A stretch of 64,000 nucleotides of DNA, taken from positions 672,001-736,000 of the forward strand of contig CAVXRD010000004.1 of the NCBI GenBank assembly GCA_963764165.1. Reading direction: 5' to 3'. The stretch comes from an uncultured Verrucomicrobiae bacterium. GTDB taxonomy: Bacteria > Verrucomicrobiota > Verrucomicrobiia > Limisphaerales > Palsa-1400. The notes beneath the pieces are model-generated. The model made no database searches. It was not told where the DNA came from and was given only the letters and a program-made list of their open reading frames with translations. This document shows, in pieces, positions 42,501-52,670 of the stretch (the stretch's first letter is position 1; each line of letters starts with the position of its first letter). Both the position numbers and the translations under genes were made by a program.

Positions 42501-42619
42501 TCGATGAGGTATTCCGAAGCGGCGCTGGGCAAGGTCGAATCCGCGGCGCTCACCGGCGGCAGAAGCAGCCGCGTTGCGGTGACTGCGGTGATTGAAAACC
42601 AGCGTAACGACCCACGCAT
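39587..42619 (-). CDS. Membrane sensor histidine kinase (beta-propeller Reg_prop repeats, Y_Y_Y, TM, HisKA_3, HATPase)
   Basis: DGLPQNSV...GYLWF, repeated G.LWIGT motifs, YTRPPPGNYRFHV, ERKRMAGELHDSLGQ, QEAINNIVKHS, DDGRGF, GFGLKGI. Confidence 0.93.
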   Translation of the reverse strand: MRGSLRWFSITAVTATRLLLPPVSAADSTLPSAASEYLIDVWHSDDGLPQNSVRSMTQTSDGYLWFETFGGLARFDGRRFEVFASDRFPELSGEIFTTLRPDAQGNLWMRNEHNGIVMGQNGRFRKLGEADGLPARGASALAAANGKIWIGDEDGRLLKYDQGHFVVVKDKPPSPDWGRLSNLQVDVNGIAWTWSREQCARLIDGEWAIVPGVRGGILALRALRNGGGAMLTLMQPGRLVLFANGKLSDLDLVPGGIFNFLLSEDPAGDWWLANETGVLCRASTGGWSVMTQKDGFPNDSLASELVDREGNHWFGTDGGGLVRIKRRAVKSLGVADGMSKKVALSLAVDGSNSVWVASLGGGLVHFDGARFTTNHDPQRMAWCVRNARNGGLWVGTYGAGLFWWDKQAGAPWERIDSDSHPGFMGEPVDALFEASTGDLWIGGLRGGVSRYSSGKFRSWTTTNGLRYNRVNAIEEDRSGVIWIGTDGGLSQIKGENITSLAAAEGLAGKPVQSLFRDSAGVLWIGGRELTRCKDGKFAAIRATNGLPIPFIKAMIEDDLGNLWLSTPQGILRASLRQLNEFCDSGKGQVEFLVFTRSDGLPSNECSGYEPAAAKGADGRLWFPTMDGVAVIDPLRLPENKVPPPVVIEAVVADGNSMELPAGQAVAGAESAKVRIPAGTLRLEFRFAALSFTAPEKNRFRYRLESFDSDWVQAGTSQIAWYTRPPPGNYRFHVSACNSAGVWNEAGGSLELLVLPEYWQTWWFRAALALAVGGAVFSGFYYRIAQLKRAHAAQAEFSRQLINAEEAERKRMAGELHDSLGQELLLIKNRAVLGLACSDPSPAMAEQLRRISESAGNAIEEIRATAFALRPYELDRLGLTRAAESMIRKVAVACGIRFSMDLDEVQGLLPPEVEISLYRILQEAINNIVKHSKAASVIVELKREPPILRLDLLDDGRGFDAAAMKEEGSSGFGLKGIAQRCSLIGGSFQILSASGKGTRLTITVPLPKPKA

Positions 42620-42844
42620 GGCTGGATCGTACAGGATAGCCAGACACTCATCAAGATTGAGAGCGATAGCGGAAGTGCGTTTCAAAGTCGTCACAAACAA
42701 ACCGCCTGTTTCAGTTCGCGATTGCGCAGCGGTTCGCGTTGCAGACTGCGTAGTACTTAGCCAAAATCCGCAATCCTACGTAGGCTAAAATAAGTAGGTT
42801 CGCGTATTCCCGGCTTCACCGCACTCGGCCAGAGTTGCCGCGTT

Positions 42845-43244
42845 GTGGCAAAAATTCTTATTGTCGAAGATCACGAGCCCATGCGCGCCATGATCCGGCT
42901 TATGGTGGCGCGTCCCGGGGATGAAGTCCGCGAATGCGCCGAAGGAGCGGCCGCGGCCGATGCCTATGCGGAGTTTCAACCGGAATGGGTCACGATGGAC
43001 ATTGGCCTCGGGGACGTGGATGGCCTGACAGCCACCAGTCAAATCAAGGCCCGGTTTCCAATGGTCAAGATAGTGATCGTGACCCAGTACCGATGACCAG
43101 ACCCTACGGGCCGCAGCTCTCGGCATCGGCGCCCGGGCCTACTTCCTCAAGGAAGATCTGGCGGGAGTTCGCGAACACTTAATGGGTGACGACCCTCCCG
43201 GCGGGCCTGTCGCCGCGGAGCGCAAAAAAATAAATCGCTTATGA
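42845..43244 (+). pseudogene. Frameshifted single-domain response regulator
   Basis: The REC frame ...IVIVTQY continues as DDQTLRAAALGIGARAYFLKEDL after skipping one base at ~43091 (tac-c-gat); the restored stop at 43242-44 overlaps the next ATG. Could be a sequencing error. Confidence 0.8.
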
Positions 43245-44581
43245 TGAAAAATCTCCACTTCCCAAAATTGTCGTTCCTGGCCGCCTCCGGCGAGATGACA
43301 GCCCGCCAGCCGGGCGTTCAAACAGGAGTACGAATCACAAATCGCTTTGCCGAGAAATTCAAATCCCTCATGAGCGCGATGGGTCTGCGCTGGATCGGAG
43401 CAATCTATGGCGGAGCCTTCGTCGTGGCGGCCGCTAGCGCGCCAGCCCAGAATCTGTTTGAGTCAGATTTGGGCAGCCAGCATGTCTATGAATTATCGAC
43501 AAACGCAACGAAGAGCACCTTCGCCTCCGGTCTGGATAACCCTCAAGGACTGGCTTTTAACTCCGCCGGCGCAATGTTCGAGGCGGATGCCTTGAGTGGC
43601 AACATCTATGAATTCACTCCGGGCGGAGTTCAAAGCACGTTTGCCACAGGATTGGGCAAGACCAGAGCCCTGGCCTTTAATCGCGCCGGCGGGACGGAGT
43701 CCAACAACTACACTCTGAGCGAGGCTGGCGGCTCCGTGATCGTGACCCCGTTGCCGGTCGTCTTGACGGGCACTAGGCTCTATGATGGCACCGCAACGGC
43801 CCAAGCGTCAATTTTGACCATCAGCAACGATTTGGACGGCGCAGATCTCACCTTGAGCGGCAGCGCCACCTTGGCCGACACCAATGCGGGGTCGCAAAGT
43901 GTCACTGACTTTACGGGCCTGGCCCTGAACGGCTCGGCCGCGACCAACTACACGCTGACCGGGGCCAGCGGCTCGGTGACGATCATTTCAACGCCTCTGG
44001 CCGTAACGCTGCCTGCGACAGCCATTGTTCCAAGCTCCGCCATTTTGAACGCCTCGGTGAGTCCCCAAGCCGCAGCCACAGCGGTCTATTTTGTGTATGG
44101 AGCCACAACCAATTACGGGAATTCGACCGGGGCCAAAAACATTGGCAGCGGAACCAGCGCGGTTAGCATCAGCAGCAGCATTACGAAACTTTTGCCCGAT
44201 ACCGTCTATCACTTTCAGGCTGTTGCCAGCAATGTTGTCGGGATAACCTTAGGCGGGGATTTAACCTTTGCAACCGCGCCCGCCGCGCCGACGGTTACTA
44301 ACCTGCCGGCTCTGGCAATCACCTCCAGCGGCGCGACCTTGGCAGCCTTGGTCAATCCTGAAGGCGACGAAACCACAGTTTCTTTTGTTTATGGCGCCAC
44401 CGCCGGATATGGCTTCACCAACGTCCTTCCCAATATCGGTGACACCAATGTTTTTCTTGCCATCAGCAACAGCATCACCGGTCTATTGCCAGGGACCTTG
44501 TATCACTACCAGGTGCTGGCCTCCAACGGCGTGGCCACAACTGTCGATCAAGCGAGCGATGCTGATCACCGATTGCGCTAA
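43241..44581 (+). pseudogene. Mosaic, truncated surface protein (partial NHL-like repeats, YDG domain, two FN3-like domains)
   Basis: STFASGLDNPQGLAFNSAG repeats break off abruptly into TESNNYTL...TRLYDGT; YFVYGATTNYG and YHFQAVASN domains follow; the tail switches to unrelated sequence at ~44543. Confidence 0.6.
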
Positions 44582-44659
44582 GCGCGGAGTTTGGCGCATG
44601 GGTCAGAAACCGTCTTGGTCGTAGAAGATGAGCAGATCATTCGCGATTTTACCGAGAGG
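44543..44659 (+). pseudogene. Fragment of a hybrid-kinase linker and REC start, cut off at repeat copy 2
   Basis: In-frame VDQASDADHRLR*ARSLAHGSETVLVVEDEQIIRDFTER. Confidence 0.55.
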
Positions 44660-44728
44660 ATGGCGGAAAAGGTTGTTTCCGCGCCCATTTTGTCATTTAG
44701 CGATCACGGCCATAGGGCACGATTCGCC
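44660..44728 (+). repeat. Direct repeat copy 2
   Basis: atggcggaaaaggttgtttccgcgcccattttgtcatttagcgatcacggccatagggcacgattcgcc. Confidence 0.88.
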
Positions 44729-44883
44729 ACCTCTCTGGCAGCAGGTTTCCAAGCTGCTGATGGATAAAAGTTTGCGTGCGATTTGATGCATAAAGAGCGC
44801 GCATTCGGGCTTGGTGTCAGCACTTCAAAATGGTTAAATAAAACCATTCTTCTGAAATTGCGTCCCTTGTGCGCTGGCCGCGC

Positions 44884-46449
44884 TTAGTCAAACTGGATGC
44901 GCGGCTCATGCCACGCGTGGCCGGTTTCGGCGAGCATCTCATCGGACGCCTCGGGTCCCCATGTTCCCGCGGAATAAAATTCCCGGTTGGTCAAGGGTTT
45001 GCCGCTCCAGGCGGCGCGAATGGTATCGACGATATTCCATGCGACTTCCACCTCATCGCGGCGGATGAAGAGCGTGGCGTCCCCAACCAAGGCGTCAAGC
45101 AAAAGACGCTCGTAGGCTTCCGGCGTGTAGGCGCCGAACTCGGCGTCGTAGCTGAAATTCATCCGAACCGGACGCACACTCACGTTCATACCGGGCACTT
45201 TGCCGTTAAAGCGGAGGTATATGCCTTCGTTAGGCTGAAAGCGAAGGGCCAGCGAGTTGGAATCCAAGGTTTGCCCGCATTGTGCCGCAAAAAGAACCGT
45301 CGGTGTGGGACGAAACTGAATGCGCGCTTCGCTGGCGCTGATGGGCAGATACTTGCCGGTGCGCACAAAAAACGGAACTCCCGACCAACGCCAGTTGTCG
45401 ATAAACAGCTTCAGTGCGACATACGTTTCCACGTCCGAATTCGCTTTGACTTTGGGTTCCTGTCGGTAGCCCGGCACCTGCTGGCCCTGGATCGCGCCGG
45501 CAAAATATTGGCCGCGCACGGCCTGGCGGCAAACATCCCGGGTCGCCAGCGGGCGGATGGATTTGAGCAGTTTGACCTTTTCGTCCCGGATTGCTTCCGC
45601 TTCGAGGGAAACGGGGGGTTCCATGGCCGTCAATGCCAGGACTTGGAGAATGTGATTCTGCACCATGTCGCGCAGGGCTCCCGCTTCCTCATAATAGCCG
45701 CCGCGGGCACCCACGCCGAGCTTTTCGCTGACGGTGATTTGCACGTGGTCGATGGAGTTGCGGTTCCACAATTGCTCGAAAATGGAATTGGAAAAGCGGA
45801 ACATCAATATGTTCTGCACGGTTTCCTTGCCTAGGTAATGATCAATGCGGCAAACCTGCTGTTCGTCGGCGTGCCGGGTCAATTCCGAATTCAGCGCCTG
45901 CGCCGAAGCCAGATCGTGGCCAAAGGGCTTTTCCACGACAATTCGCTGCCAGCCGCCGTTGACCTTCCCACGCTGCAATAATTGAGCGCCGTGCAACCGC
46001 TCGACAACGTCGCCAAACTGGCTTGGTTGCGTGGCCAAATAAAACAGGAGATTCTGGCGCAGCGGCGGCGATCCGAAGGAGACGAGCAGTTTCTCCAGCT
46101 TCTCGTAGGCGGCGGCGTCTGTCATGTCGCCCGTGCAATAATGCAAATTGGCTCCGAATGCGCGCCACACATCCTCGTCCACCGGTTTGGTGCGGGAAAA
46201 ACGATCCAGCGCCTCCCGGACTTCGGCGCGCCATGCTTCGTTCGTTTTTTCCCGCCGCGCAAAACCGATGATTCGGAAATCCGCGGGCATTTGCTTGTCT
46301 CTGAAAAGATTGTAGAAAGCGGGGAGAAGTTTGCGGGCCGTCAAATCACCGCTGGCGCCAAAAATGACGATGCCGCACGGCTCCACTGGGCGCTTTTGGG
46401 CTCCAATCTGACACACCATATTTTCGCGCACATTCTCGGATACGCTCAT
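44884..46449 (-). CDS. zwf: Glucose-6-phosphate 1-dehydrogenase
   Basis: IFGASGDL, VEKPFG, RIDHYLGKETVQN, RDMVQNH, NWRWSGVPFFVRTGK, AYERLL. Confidence 0.96.
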   Translation of the reverse strand: MSVSENVRENMVCQIGAQKRPVEPCGIVIFGASGDLTARKLLPAFYNLFRDKQMPADFRIIGFARREKTNEAWRAEVREALDRFSRTKPVDEDVWRAFGANLHYCTGDMTDAAAYEKLEKLLVSFGSPPLRQNLLFYLATQPSQFGDVVERLHGAQLLQRGKVNGGWQRIVVEKPFGHDLASAQALNSELTRHADEQQVCRIDHYLGKETVQNILMFRFSNSIFEQLWNRNSIDHVQITVSEKLGVGARGGYYEEAGALRDMVQNHILQVLALTAMEPPVSLEAEAIRDEKVKLLKSIRPLATRDVCRQAVRGQYFAGAIQGQQVPGYRQEPKVKANSDVETYVALKLFIDNWRWSGVPFFVRTGKYLPISASEARIQFRPTPTVLFAAQCGQTLDSNSLALRFQPNEGIYLRFNGKVPGMNVSVRPVRMNFSYDAEFGAYTPEAYERLLLDALVGDATLFIRRDEVEVAWNIVDTIRAAWSGKPLTNREFYSAGTWGPEASDEMLAETGHAWHEPRIQFD

Positions 46450-46765
46450 AAGAGGAATCAAGTTAGCCACACATTGAACCTCAGAACAATAAAGGATAAC
46501 GAGACTTGCCGTCAACAGCGGGCCTCATTCAGATTGCCGGCGATTTCCCAATGCGCTTTAAATTTGAACCGCAATCAGCGCATCAGCGTTGAAGGGGCGC
46601 AGAAAGTTTGATTCAGGCTCGAAAATATTAAAATTTCCCTTTTTATTCCTGCTTTAAAACGATAGAAAGTTGACGTTGTAACCAGATGTCCCAGCGTGTC
46701 TAAGAATGAACCACGAACGAACTCGGTTTCCGGCAGATGCTCTGCCGATGTTATGATCATTGCCT

Positions 46766-48715
46766 ATGAATCCTAACCGTGACCTCTTCAAGCTAATTTC
46801 CACCGTTTCGCTGTGCGGCATATTATTGACTCTGGACTTTTCCGCCATGGCAGGCCCCGATGCGGGTGATCAAGCCGAAGTCATCCAGCAGGCCGCCAAG
46901 TATATCCTGGCGGCGAACAAATCCGAGGAAGCCCCGGCTGCGGGAGGAAAGGCCATTGATGCAGATGCTGAGCACGCAAAACTGTTTGTGGAGAACAAGT
47001 ACCCCTCCGCCGCCACTTGCCGGACTTGCCACCCAAATCATTACAGAGAGTGGTCGGTTTCCGCCCACGCCTACGCGCAATTGAGCCCAGTCTTCAACGC
47101 CATGCAGGCCACCATCACTCGGAACACTGCCGGCGCCAATGGAGATTTTTGCATTCGCTGCCACGATCAGGTGGGGATGAATTTGGGAGAATCCACCTTT
47201 AAGAGCAACATGGACCGGCACCCGACTTCGCGGGAGGGCATCACCTGCATTGTCTGCCATCGGTTGCGCAACGACTATGGCAAGGTCAGCGGACGGTTCG
47301 CCTTGGTCACAGGCGACATTCTTCAGCCGGTTTACGGACCGACAGGCGATGCGGAACTCAAGCGCGTTCTTTCCGAGCCCAATACTTATCGCGTCGTGAC
47401 GAAAGAAGGCGAAGCGGGCAGGAAAATTCATACCGACATCGAAAAATTCCCCGCTCTTCGGACCCCTGCGTTTTGCGGCACCTGCCACGATGTCAATTTG
47501 TTCAATGGATTCCGCTTGGAAGAAGCATTCAGCTCGTTCAAGAATTCGGCCGCCGCCCACCGGGGCGAGACCTGCCAGGATTGCCACATGGGAAAAGTGC
47601 CCGGCATCAAATCCGGCTACGCGGAAGAGCCCGCCGCCATCGTTGGCGGCGTGCCGACGAAACCCCGCCGCCGGACCAATCACATGTTTGCGGGACCGGA
47701 TTATTCCATCGTGAACCGCGGTTTCTTTCCGCATAACGACAAGGCTGCCGCCCTGGCCAGCATGCGGGAATGGCTCACGTTCGATGACAAGGCAGGTTGG
47801 GGAACTGATAAGTTTGAGAATAGCGTGCCCAAGGATTATAAATTCCCACCCCGCTGGACCTCCGTGGATGATCGATACGATGCGCGAGCCATTCTCAATG
47901 AGCAGTACGGGCTCCTCGGGGAAATCAAGAAACAACGAGTGGCCATTCTGCGCCAAGGCTATCAATTGGGCGATTTGAAAGTCCTCCAAGCGAATTCCAA
48001 GGGCCTCAAGTTCAAGATACAAGTCCACAATGGCACCGATGGCCACAACGTTCCCACTGGATTCGATGCGGAGCGCATTAGCTACATGCAGGTTTTTGTG
48101 ACCAACGCCGCTGGCAAATTAGTTTTCCAATCGGGCGACCTCGATCCCAACGGCGACGTGCGCGACATCCATTCCTCCTACGTGGAAGAAGGCAAGCTTC
48201 CTTGGGATAAGTATCTTTTCAAATTGCAATCCCCGTTCATCACCACCGAATTGCACGGCGGGGAGCGCGAACAGGTTCTGGCGGTAAATTACTCCATAGA
48301 TCCGCTGCCTTTCATTCGCCCTCCAGGTTCTGCCATGAATCTAACCGGCCGTTCGCCTGGAGCGCGGATCCAGAGGCGCGGGATGGAAGCATTCAACAGC
48401 CGCTGGCCTGAATATAAGGTGAAGGCCTCGGAATTGACCGATCCCGGTCCATATACAGTCAGAATTCGCTTCCTGGCGGGCATGGTCCCTGTGAACCTCA
48501 TCACCGAAATCGAAAAGGCCGGGTTTGATTACAGCATGTCCCCTCGCGAAGTGGCCGACGCGATCAAAAACGGGCAGACTCTGTTGTATGACAAGCAAGT
48601 GATGCTGCAACTCGACGGAACCCAGCCGACGATCGACTTGTCCAAAATTATGGATAAAGACGTGCTCGTTGATTCAACCAACACTGTCTCATCTTCCTCC
48701 TATGCGCAGAAGTAA
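46766..48715 (+). CDS. Periplasmic pentaheme c-type cytochrome (c554/c552-like heme domain plus a large C-terminal beta-rich domain)
   Basis: Signal peptide; CRTCH, CIRCH, CIVCH, CGTCH, CQDCH; GHNVPTG. Confidence 0.88.
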   Translation: MNPNRDLFKLISTVSLCGILLTLDFSAMAGPDAGDQAEVIQQAAKYILAANKSEEAPAAGGKAIDADAEHAKLFVENKYPSAATCRTCHPNHYREWSVSAHAYAQLSPVFNAMQATITRNTAGANGDFCIRCHDQVGMNLGESTFKSNMDRHPTSREGITCIVCHRLRNDYGKVSGRFALVTGDILQPVYGPTGDAELKRVLSEPNTYRVVTKEGEAGRKIHTDIEKFPALRTPAFCGTCHDVNLFNGFRLEEAFSSFKNSAAAHRGETCQDCHMGKVPGIKSGYAEEPAAIVGGVPTKPRRRTNHMFAGPDYSIVNRGFFPHNDKAAALASMREWLTFDDKAGWGTDKFENSVPKDYKFPPRWTSVDDRYDARAILNEQYGLLGEIKKQRVAILRQGYQLGDLKVLQANSKGLKFKIQVHNGTDGHNVPTGFDAERISYMQVFVTNAAGKLVFQSGDLDPNGDVRDIHSSYVEEGKLPWDKYLFKLQSPFITTELHGGEREQVLAVNYSIDPLPFIRPPGSAMNLTGRSPGARIQRRGMEAFNSRWPEYKVKASELTDPGPYTVRIRFLAGMVPVNLITEIEKAGFDYSMSPREVADAIKNGQTLLYDKQVMLQLDGTQPTIDLSKIMDKDVLVDSTNTVSSSSYAQK

Positions 48716-50204
48716 GAGGCTCTCAATATGTTTGACTGACGCGCTCCGTGAACTCGCGTGTTTGTGCTTCATCGCCGCTTTGACCGCTGCCAAAGCGGAT
48801 GACACCAATGACACCGCCCGTTTCTCCGATAAACCGGTTCCGCTGGCGACAAATACATTTCTGCAGCGCCCGCCGCCGCTCATAGAGTTGGGGGATCATT
48901 TCCTGGGCAACGGCAACCTGCAAAAAGGAATCAAGCTCCCAACAGGAGAAGTGATTTCACCCAACTTCTGGGTGTTTGGCACGATGCGCTCCGCTGTCCA
49001 GACATTCGACCCTGGGAAAGGCGAACCTCGCATCTCCGAATGGGCCAATCGCCTGGACATTTATGGCAATCTTCAGTTCACACCAACTGAACGCCTTGTG
49101 GTTGGGTTCCGCCCGCTCGACCGCCAATATACCCAAAACGGAGAAGTCAGCGATGTTTTTACCGGCTATCGGATTGAGCCGGTGCATTCGCCGGGTTCTC
49201 TTGTGAATGGCCAGGGAACTGTGGAAGCGTTCGGCGCCACGCCTCGCACGCTCTTCTTTGAGGGCGAATTCGGTGAAATGTTTCCCACGCTTGATAAGCA
49301 CGACAAACTGAGCCTCGACTATGGTTTTTCGATTGGCCGCCAGCCGCTGGTCATGCAGGATGGCCTCCTTGCCAATTCCTATGACGTGGACATGCTCAGC
49401 ATCACGAGAACGTCCATGCAGATTCCGGGGGGGTCGACTTTGCGCGTATCGGCCATCGCGGCTTGGAGTGATATCCAGGGACAGAATTACAATGTGCCGG
49501 CAAATATCCCAACATACAATTATCAGGACGCCCATTTTTTCGGCTTTGACGGAGCAGCGGATTTCCCGCGGAGCACGATTGAGGCAAACGTTCTATATGG
49601 AACGTCTGGGAATCACGGGGACGGACTTTACGCTGGCCTGGCATCCATTCAACGGTTTGGGAAGCTCAACACCACTTTCCGGGGAGTCACTTCGGTGGCG
49701 GTGGATGGCGACAGCAGCGCTACAGGGGTGAGCAGAGTGGCGACGGGCACGCTGTTGCTGAGCGAGCTGTCGTATCCGATGCTGGGATCGAAGGATTTTG
49801 TTTACATGGATGCCTACTGGGGCATCGACCGCTTCACCTCCATCGTACGCGACTCCGACGCTGGGGGGCCTCTGGGGAATGTTGGCATTCTGACGGCGGC
49901 CACGGGGCTCGGATCGTATGCGGCGCCTCTTGGAGATCAGCCGGAGCACTCCGCAGGGGGGGCGCTTGGTTACCAGATGTTCATCGGCGCTCGGCGAAGA
50001 CAGCAGTTGGTTTTCGAAATTGGCGGGCGGGCGCAAACGCAAACCCCCAAGTTTGAGCGCCAGGAACCAGCCGAGGGATTTGGCGTGCAGTACCAGCAAG
50101 CCGTTGGCCAGCGGTTCATCATGGTTCTAGAGGGCTTTGCCGTAAACCGCAGCGACTATGGAGGATCCTATGGCACGCGCATGGAATGGGTGACCAAATT
50201 CTGA
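48702..50204 (+). CDS. Putative outer-membrane beta-barrel (porin-like) protein
   Basis: Signal peptide; alternating amphipathic strands (RLDIYGNLQF, GGALGYQMF, GFGVQYQQ); terminal strand ending in Phe (TRMEWVTKF). Confidence 0.65.
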   Translation: MRRSKRLSICLTDALRELACLCFIAALTAAKADDTNDTARFSDKPVPLATNTFLQRPPPLIELGDHFLGNGNLQKGIKLPTGEVISPNFWVFGTMRSAVQTFDPGKGEPRISEWANRLDIYGNLQFTPTERLVVGFRPLDRQYTQNGEVSDVFTGYRIEPVHSPGSLVNGQGTVEAFGATPRTLFFEGEFGEMFPTLDKHDKLSLDYGFSIGRQPLVMQDGLLANSYDVDMLSITRTSMQIPGGSTLRVSAIAAWSDIQGQNYNVPANIPTYNYQDAHFFGFDGAADFPRSTIEANVLYGTSGNHGDGLYAGLASIQRFGKLNTTFRGVTSVAVDGDSSATGVSRVATGTLLLSELSYPMLGSKDFVYMDAYWGIDRFTSIVRDSDAGGPLGNVGILTAATGLGSYAAPLGDQPEHSAGGALGYQMFIGARRRQQLVFEIGGRAQTQTPKFERQEPAEGFGVQYQQAVGQRFIMVLEGFAVNRSDYGGSYGTRMEWVTKF

Positions 50205-50212
50205 GTGATCTT

Positions 50213-51463
50213 ATGGACCTTTCCAAACTGCTAGTTGGAGCCGGAGGAATTTTGTTTGTTTTGGTGGCGATTGATTTGGCAATGCTTTGTTACACAAGTT
50301 TCAGCCGCGCTGCCGCGATGGGGGCCGCGCGGGAAAATGAAGGTGAATTGCTTTCCGCGCGGCTGGCCATGGCCCGCCTGCAACTCAAGCGGCAGGAGAA
50401 CATTGGATCGTGGAATGGGACGCGGAAGTTTACGGTCGATAAAGTAGTGACGGAATGCGCGGATGTCGCATCCTACTATTTGGTGCCTCACGACAACAAG
50501 CCGTTGCCGCACTTTTTTCCTGGGCAGTTCCTCACGTTTGAATTGAGCATCCCGGGGCAGCGCAATCGCGTCGTTCGCTGCTACTCGCTCTCAGACCGCC
50601 CAAGGCCCGACTACTATCGCGTCACCATCAAACGCGTTCCCGCGCCGCCCGACGGCAAGCCGGGATTGGTCTCCAATTTCTTCCATTCCTCCGTCAAGGC
50701 GGGCGACATTTTGGACGTCAAGGCGCCGAGTGGCGGCTTCTATCTGGATACAAGCCGGCTAACACCAGTGGTGCTGCTGGCAGGCGGCGTGGGCGTGACT
50801 CCGATGGTGAGCATGGCCAACGAAATCATGACCAATACTCCGCAGCGCGAAACATGGTTTTTCTTCTGCGTGCGCAATGCGCTGGATCACATCATGAAAG
50901 AGCAGTTGGAAGAATTGGCAAAAGCCAATGACAAGCTCCGCCTTCACGTCTGCTACTCCAAGCCAGGCAAGACCGACAGCGCTGGCAGGGACTATCGTCA
51001 CGAAGGCAGGCTGGATTTGGCTTTGCTGAAGAAGGAACTGCCGTCCAACAATTTTGATTTCTTCATGTGCGGCCCGGGTGCGATGATGAGCGACCTGCAC
51101 GAGGGGTTGCTGGAATGGGGCGTTGACGAGGAACGAATTCATTTGGAAGCATTCGGGCCTGCCAGTGTCAAGAAAACCGCTCCACCCGCCCCGGCATTGG
51201 CCGAACCGCAACTTAAGGTCACATTCTCGCGTTCCAATTGCGAAGCCGCGTGGTCCGGCAAAGAGGAAAACTTGCTCGACATGGCGTTGGCTCAAGGGGT
51301 ATCGATCAGTTCCGGTTGCCGTGCTGGAAATTGCGGCAGTTGCAAAACTGCCGTCAAATCTGGCAAAGTGAAGTATCGCAAACGCCCCGGTTGTGACGTT
51401 GAATCGGGAAGTTGCCTCACATGCATTGCGGTGCCGGAGAGCGATTTGTGCCTTGATGCGTAA
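50213..51463 (+). CDS. Membrane-anchored FAD/NAD(P)H oxidoreductase with a C-terminal [2Fe-2S] ferredoxin
   Basis: N-terminal TM helix; RCYSLS, GLVSN, AGGVGVTPM, CGPGAMM, EAF; CRAGNCGSC...C. Confidence 0.9.
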   Translation: MDLSKLLVGAGGILFVLVAIDLAMLCYTSFSRAAAMGAARENEGELLSARLAMARLQLKRQENIGSWNGTRKFTVDKVVTECADVASYYLVPHDNKPLPHFFPGQFLTFELSIPGQRNRVVRCYSLSDRPRPDYYRVTIKRVPAPPDGKPGLVSNFFHSSVKAGDILDVKAPSGGFYLDTSRLTPVVLLAGGVGVTPMVSMANEIMTNTPQRETWFFFCVRNALDHIMKEQLEELAKANDKLRLHVCYSKPGKTDSAGRDYRHEGRLDLALLKKELPSNNFDFFMCGPGAMMSDLHEGLLEWGVDEERIHLEAFGPASVKKTAPPAPALAEPQLKVTFSRSNCEAAWSGKEENLLDMALAQGVSISSGCRAGNCGSCKTAVKSGKVKYRKRPGCDVESGSCLTCIAVPESDLCLDA

Positions 51464-51511
51464 AGGATTAGTTGGAATCGTGGATCGAACAATTTTTAAA
51501 TTATTACTGAA

Positions 51512-52504
51512 ATGAATACGCGAAAATTGGCATTGGCCGTCAGTCTGGTGATCTCCCTCGTTGCGCTCGACTTGCGCCATCCCGCCCAGGCAGCCGAGGA
51601 TCTTTACCATGCCGATCCGGCCAAGGTTATGGGGCCGGAAAGCTGCAATGAATGCCACGCCCCGATGGTGGAAGCCTGGAAGCTGACTCACCATTACGAC
51701 ACGTTCAACTCGATGCATCGGAAGCCGGAGGCGAAGGATATCGCCACGAAAATGGGCATGCGCCGCATCAAGGACGAAAGCCTTTGCCTCAAGTGCCATT
51801 ACACCGACAAAACCGATGACACTGGCAAAGTTGTGCCTATCTCCGGCATCTCCTGCGAATCCTGCCATAGCGCCGGCAAGGATTGGATCAAGATCCATAG
51901 CGCCACCAACGAACCCGGCCATCTTGAAAAAGCCGAAAAGCTCGGGATGCTTTTGCCCAGCAATTTCTATGCGGTTGCCGCCAACTGCTTCTCTTGTCAC
52001 ACGGTGCCAGAAGAGAAACTTGTCAATGTTGGCGGACACAAGGCCGGCAGTGATTTCGAGTTGGTTTCGTGGCTGTCGGGCGAAGTCCGCCACAATCTTC
52101 AAAAATCCGGCGGCAAAGTGAATGCGGAAATTCCGGTCGAGCGCCGCAGGATGTTTTATATCATTGGCCGCGCCCTTGATTTGGAATTCAGCCTGCGCGG
52201 CCTGGCCAAAGCGACCGAGGATGGCGCGTATGCAAAGGCGATGCTCGCGCGGGTTGCCGACTCTCAGGCGAAGATGGCAGAAATCGCAAAAGCGTCCGAT
52301 TTGCCGGAGGTCAAGAAGATGCTGGATACCGTCAAAGCGGACGATTTGAAACCCGGAAACGCGGACAAGGTAACGAAAATGGCTGATGAAATAAGCGGGA
52401 TCAGCAGCGGATTGGCAAAGAGCCAGGACGGATCCAAGCTCGCCTCGGTTGACGGGCTGATTCCGGGACCGGATAAATACAAAGGGACCCCTTACAAACC
52501 GTAG
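51512..52504 (+). CDS. Periplasmic tetraheme c-type cytochrome (c554-like)
   Basis: Signal peptide; CNECH, CLKCH, CESCH, CFSCH. Confidence 0.88.
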   Translation: MNTRKLALAVSLVISLVALDLRHPAQAAEDLYHADPAKVMGPESCNECHAPMVEAWKLTHHYDTFNSMHRKPEAKDIATKMGMRRIKDESLCLKCHYTDKTDDTGKVVPISGISCESCHSAGKDWIKIHSATNEPGHLEKAEKLGMLLPSNFYAVAANCFSCHTVPEEKLVNVGGHKAGSDFELVSWLSGEVRHNLQKSGGKVNAEIPVERRRMFYIIGRALDLEFSLRGLAKATEDGAYAKAMLARVADSQAKMAEIAKASDLPEVKKMLDTVKADDLKPGNADKVTKMADEISGISSGLAKSQDGSKLASVDGLIPGPDKYKGTPYKP

Positions 52505-52670
52505 CTGGGTTCAATGGGGCCGGCCAGGTATGAACTTTTGCCGCCGCGGTGGCGTCATTCACAGGCTGGTCAGACGGGTTGCGGATGCTTTGCAGACCCC
52601 CAACTGCATGGCGTCCCTTCGCGCAAATTTAACTCGGATCAATCGAATTTAATGACGAAGCTGTCTGGTT

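Noticed and set aside
46766..52504. Hydroxylamine oxidoreductase, NrfA or MtrA assignment for the cytochromes
   Set aside because: Heme counts (5 and 4) and spacing do not fit octaheme HAO or decaheme MtrA, and there is no CxxCK motif as in canonical NrfA.
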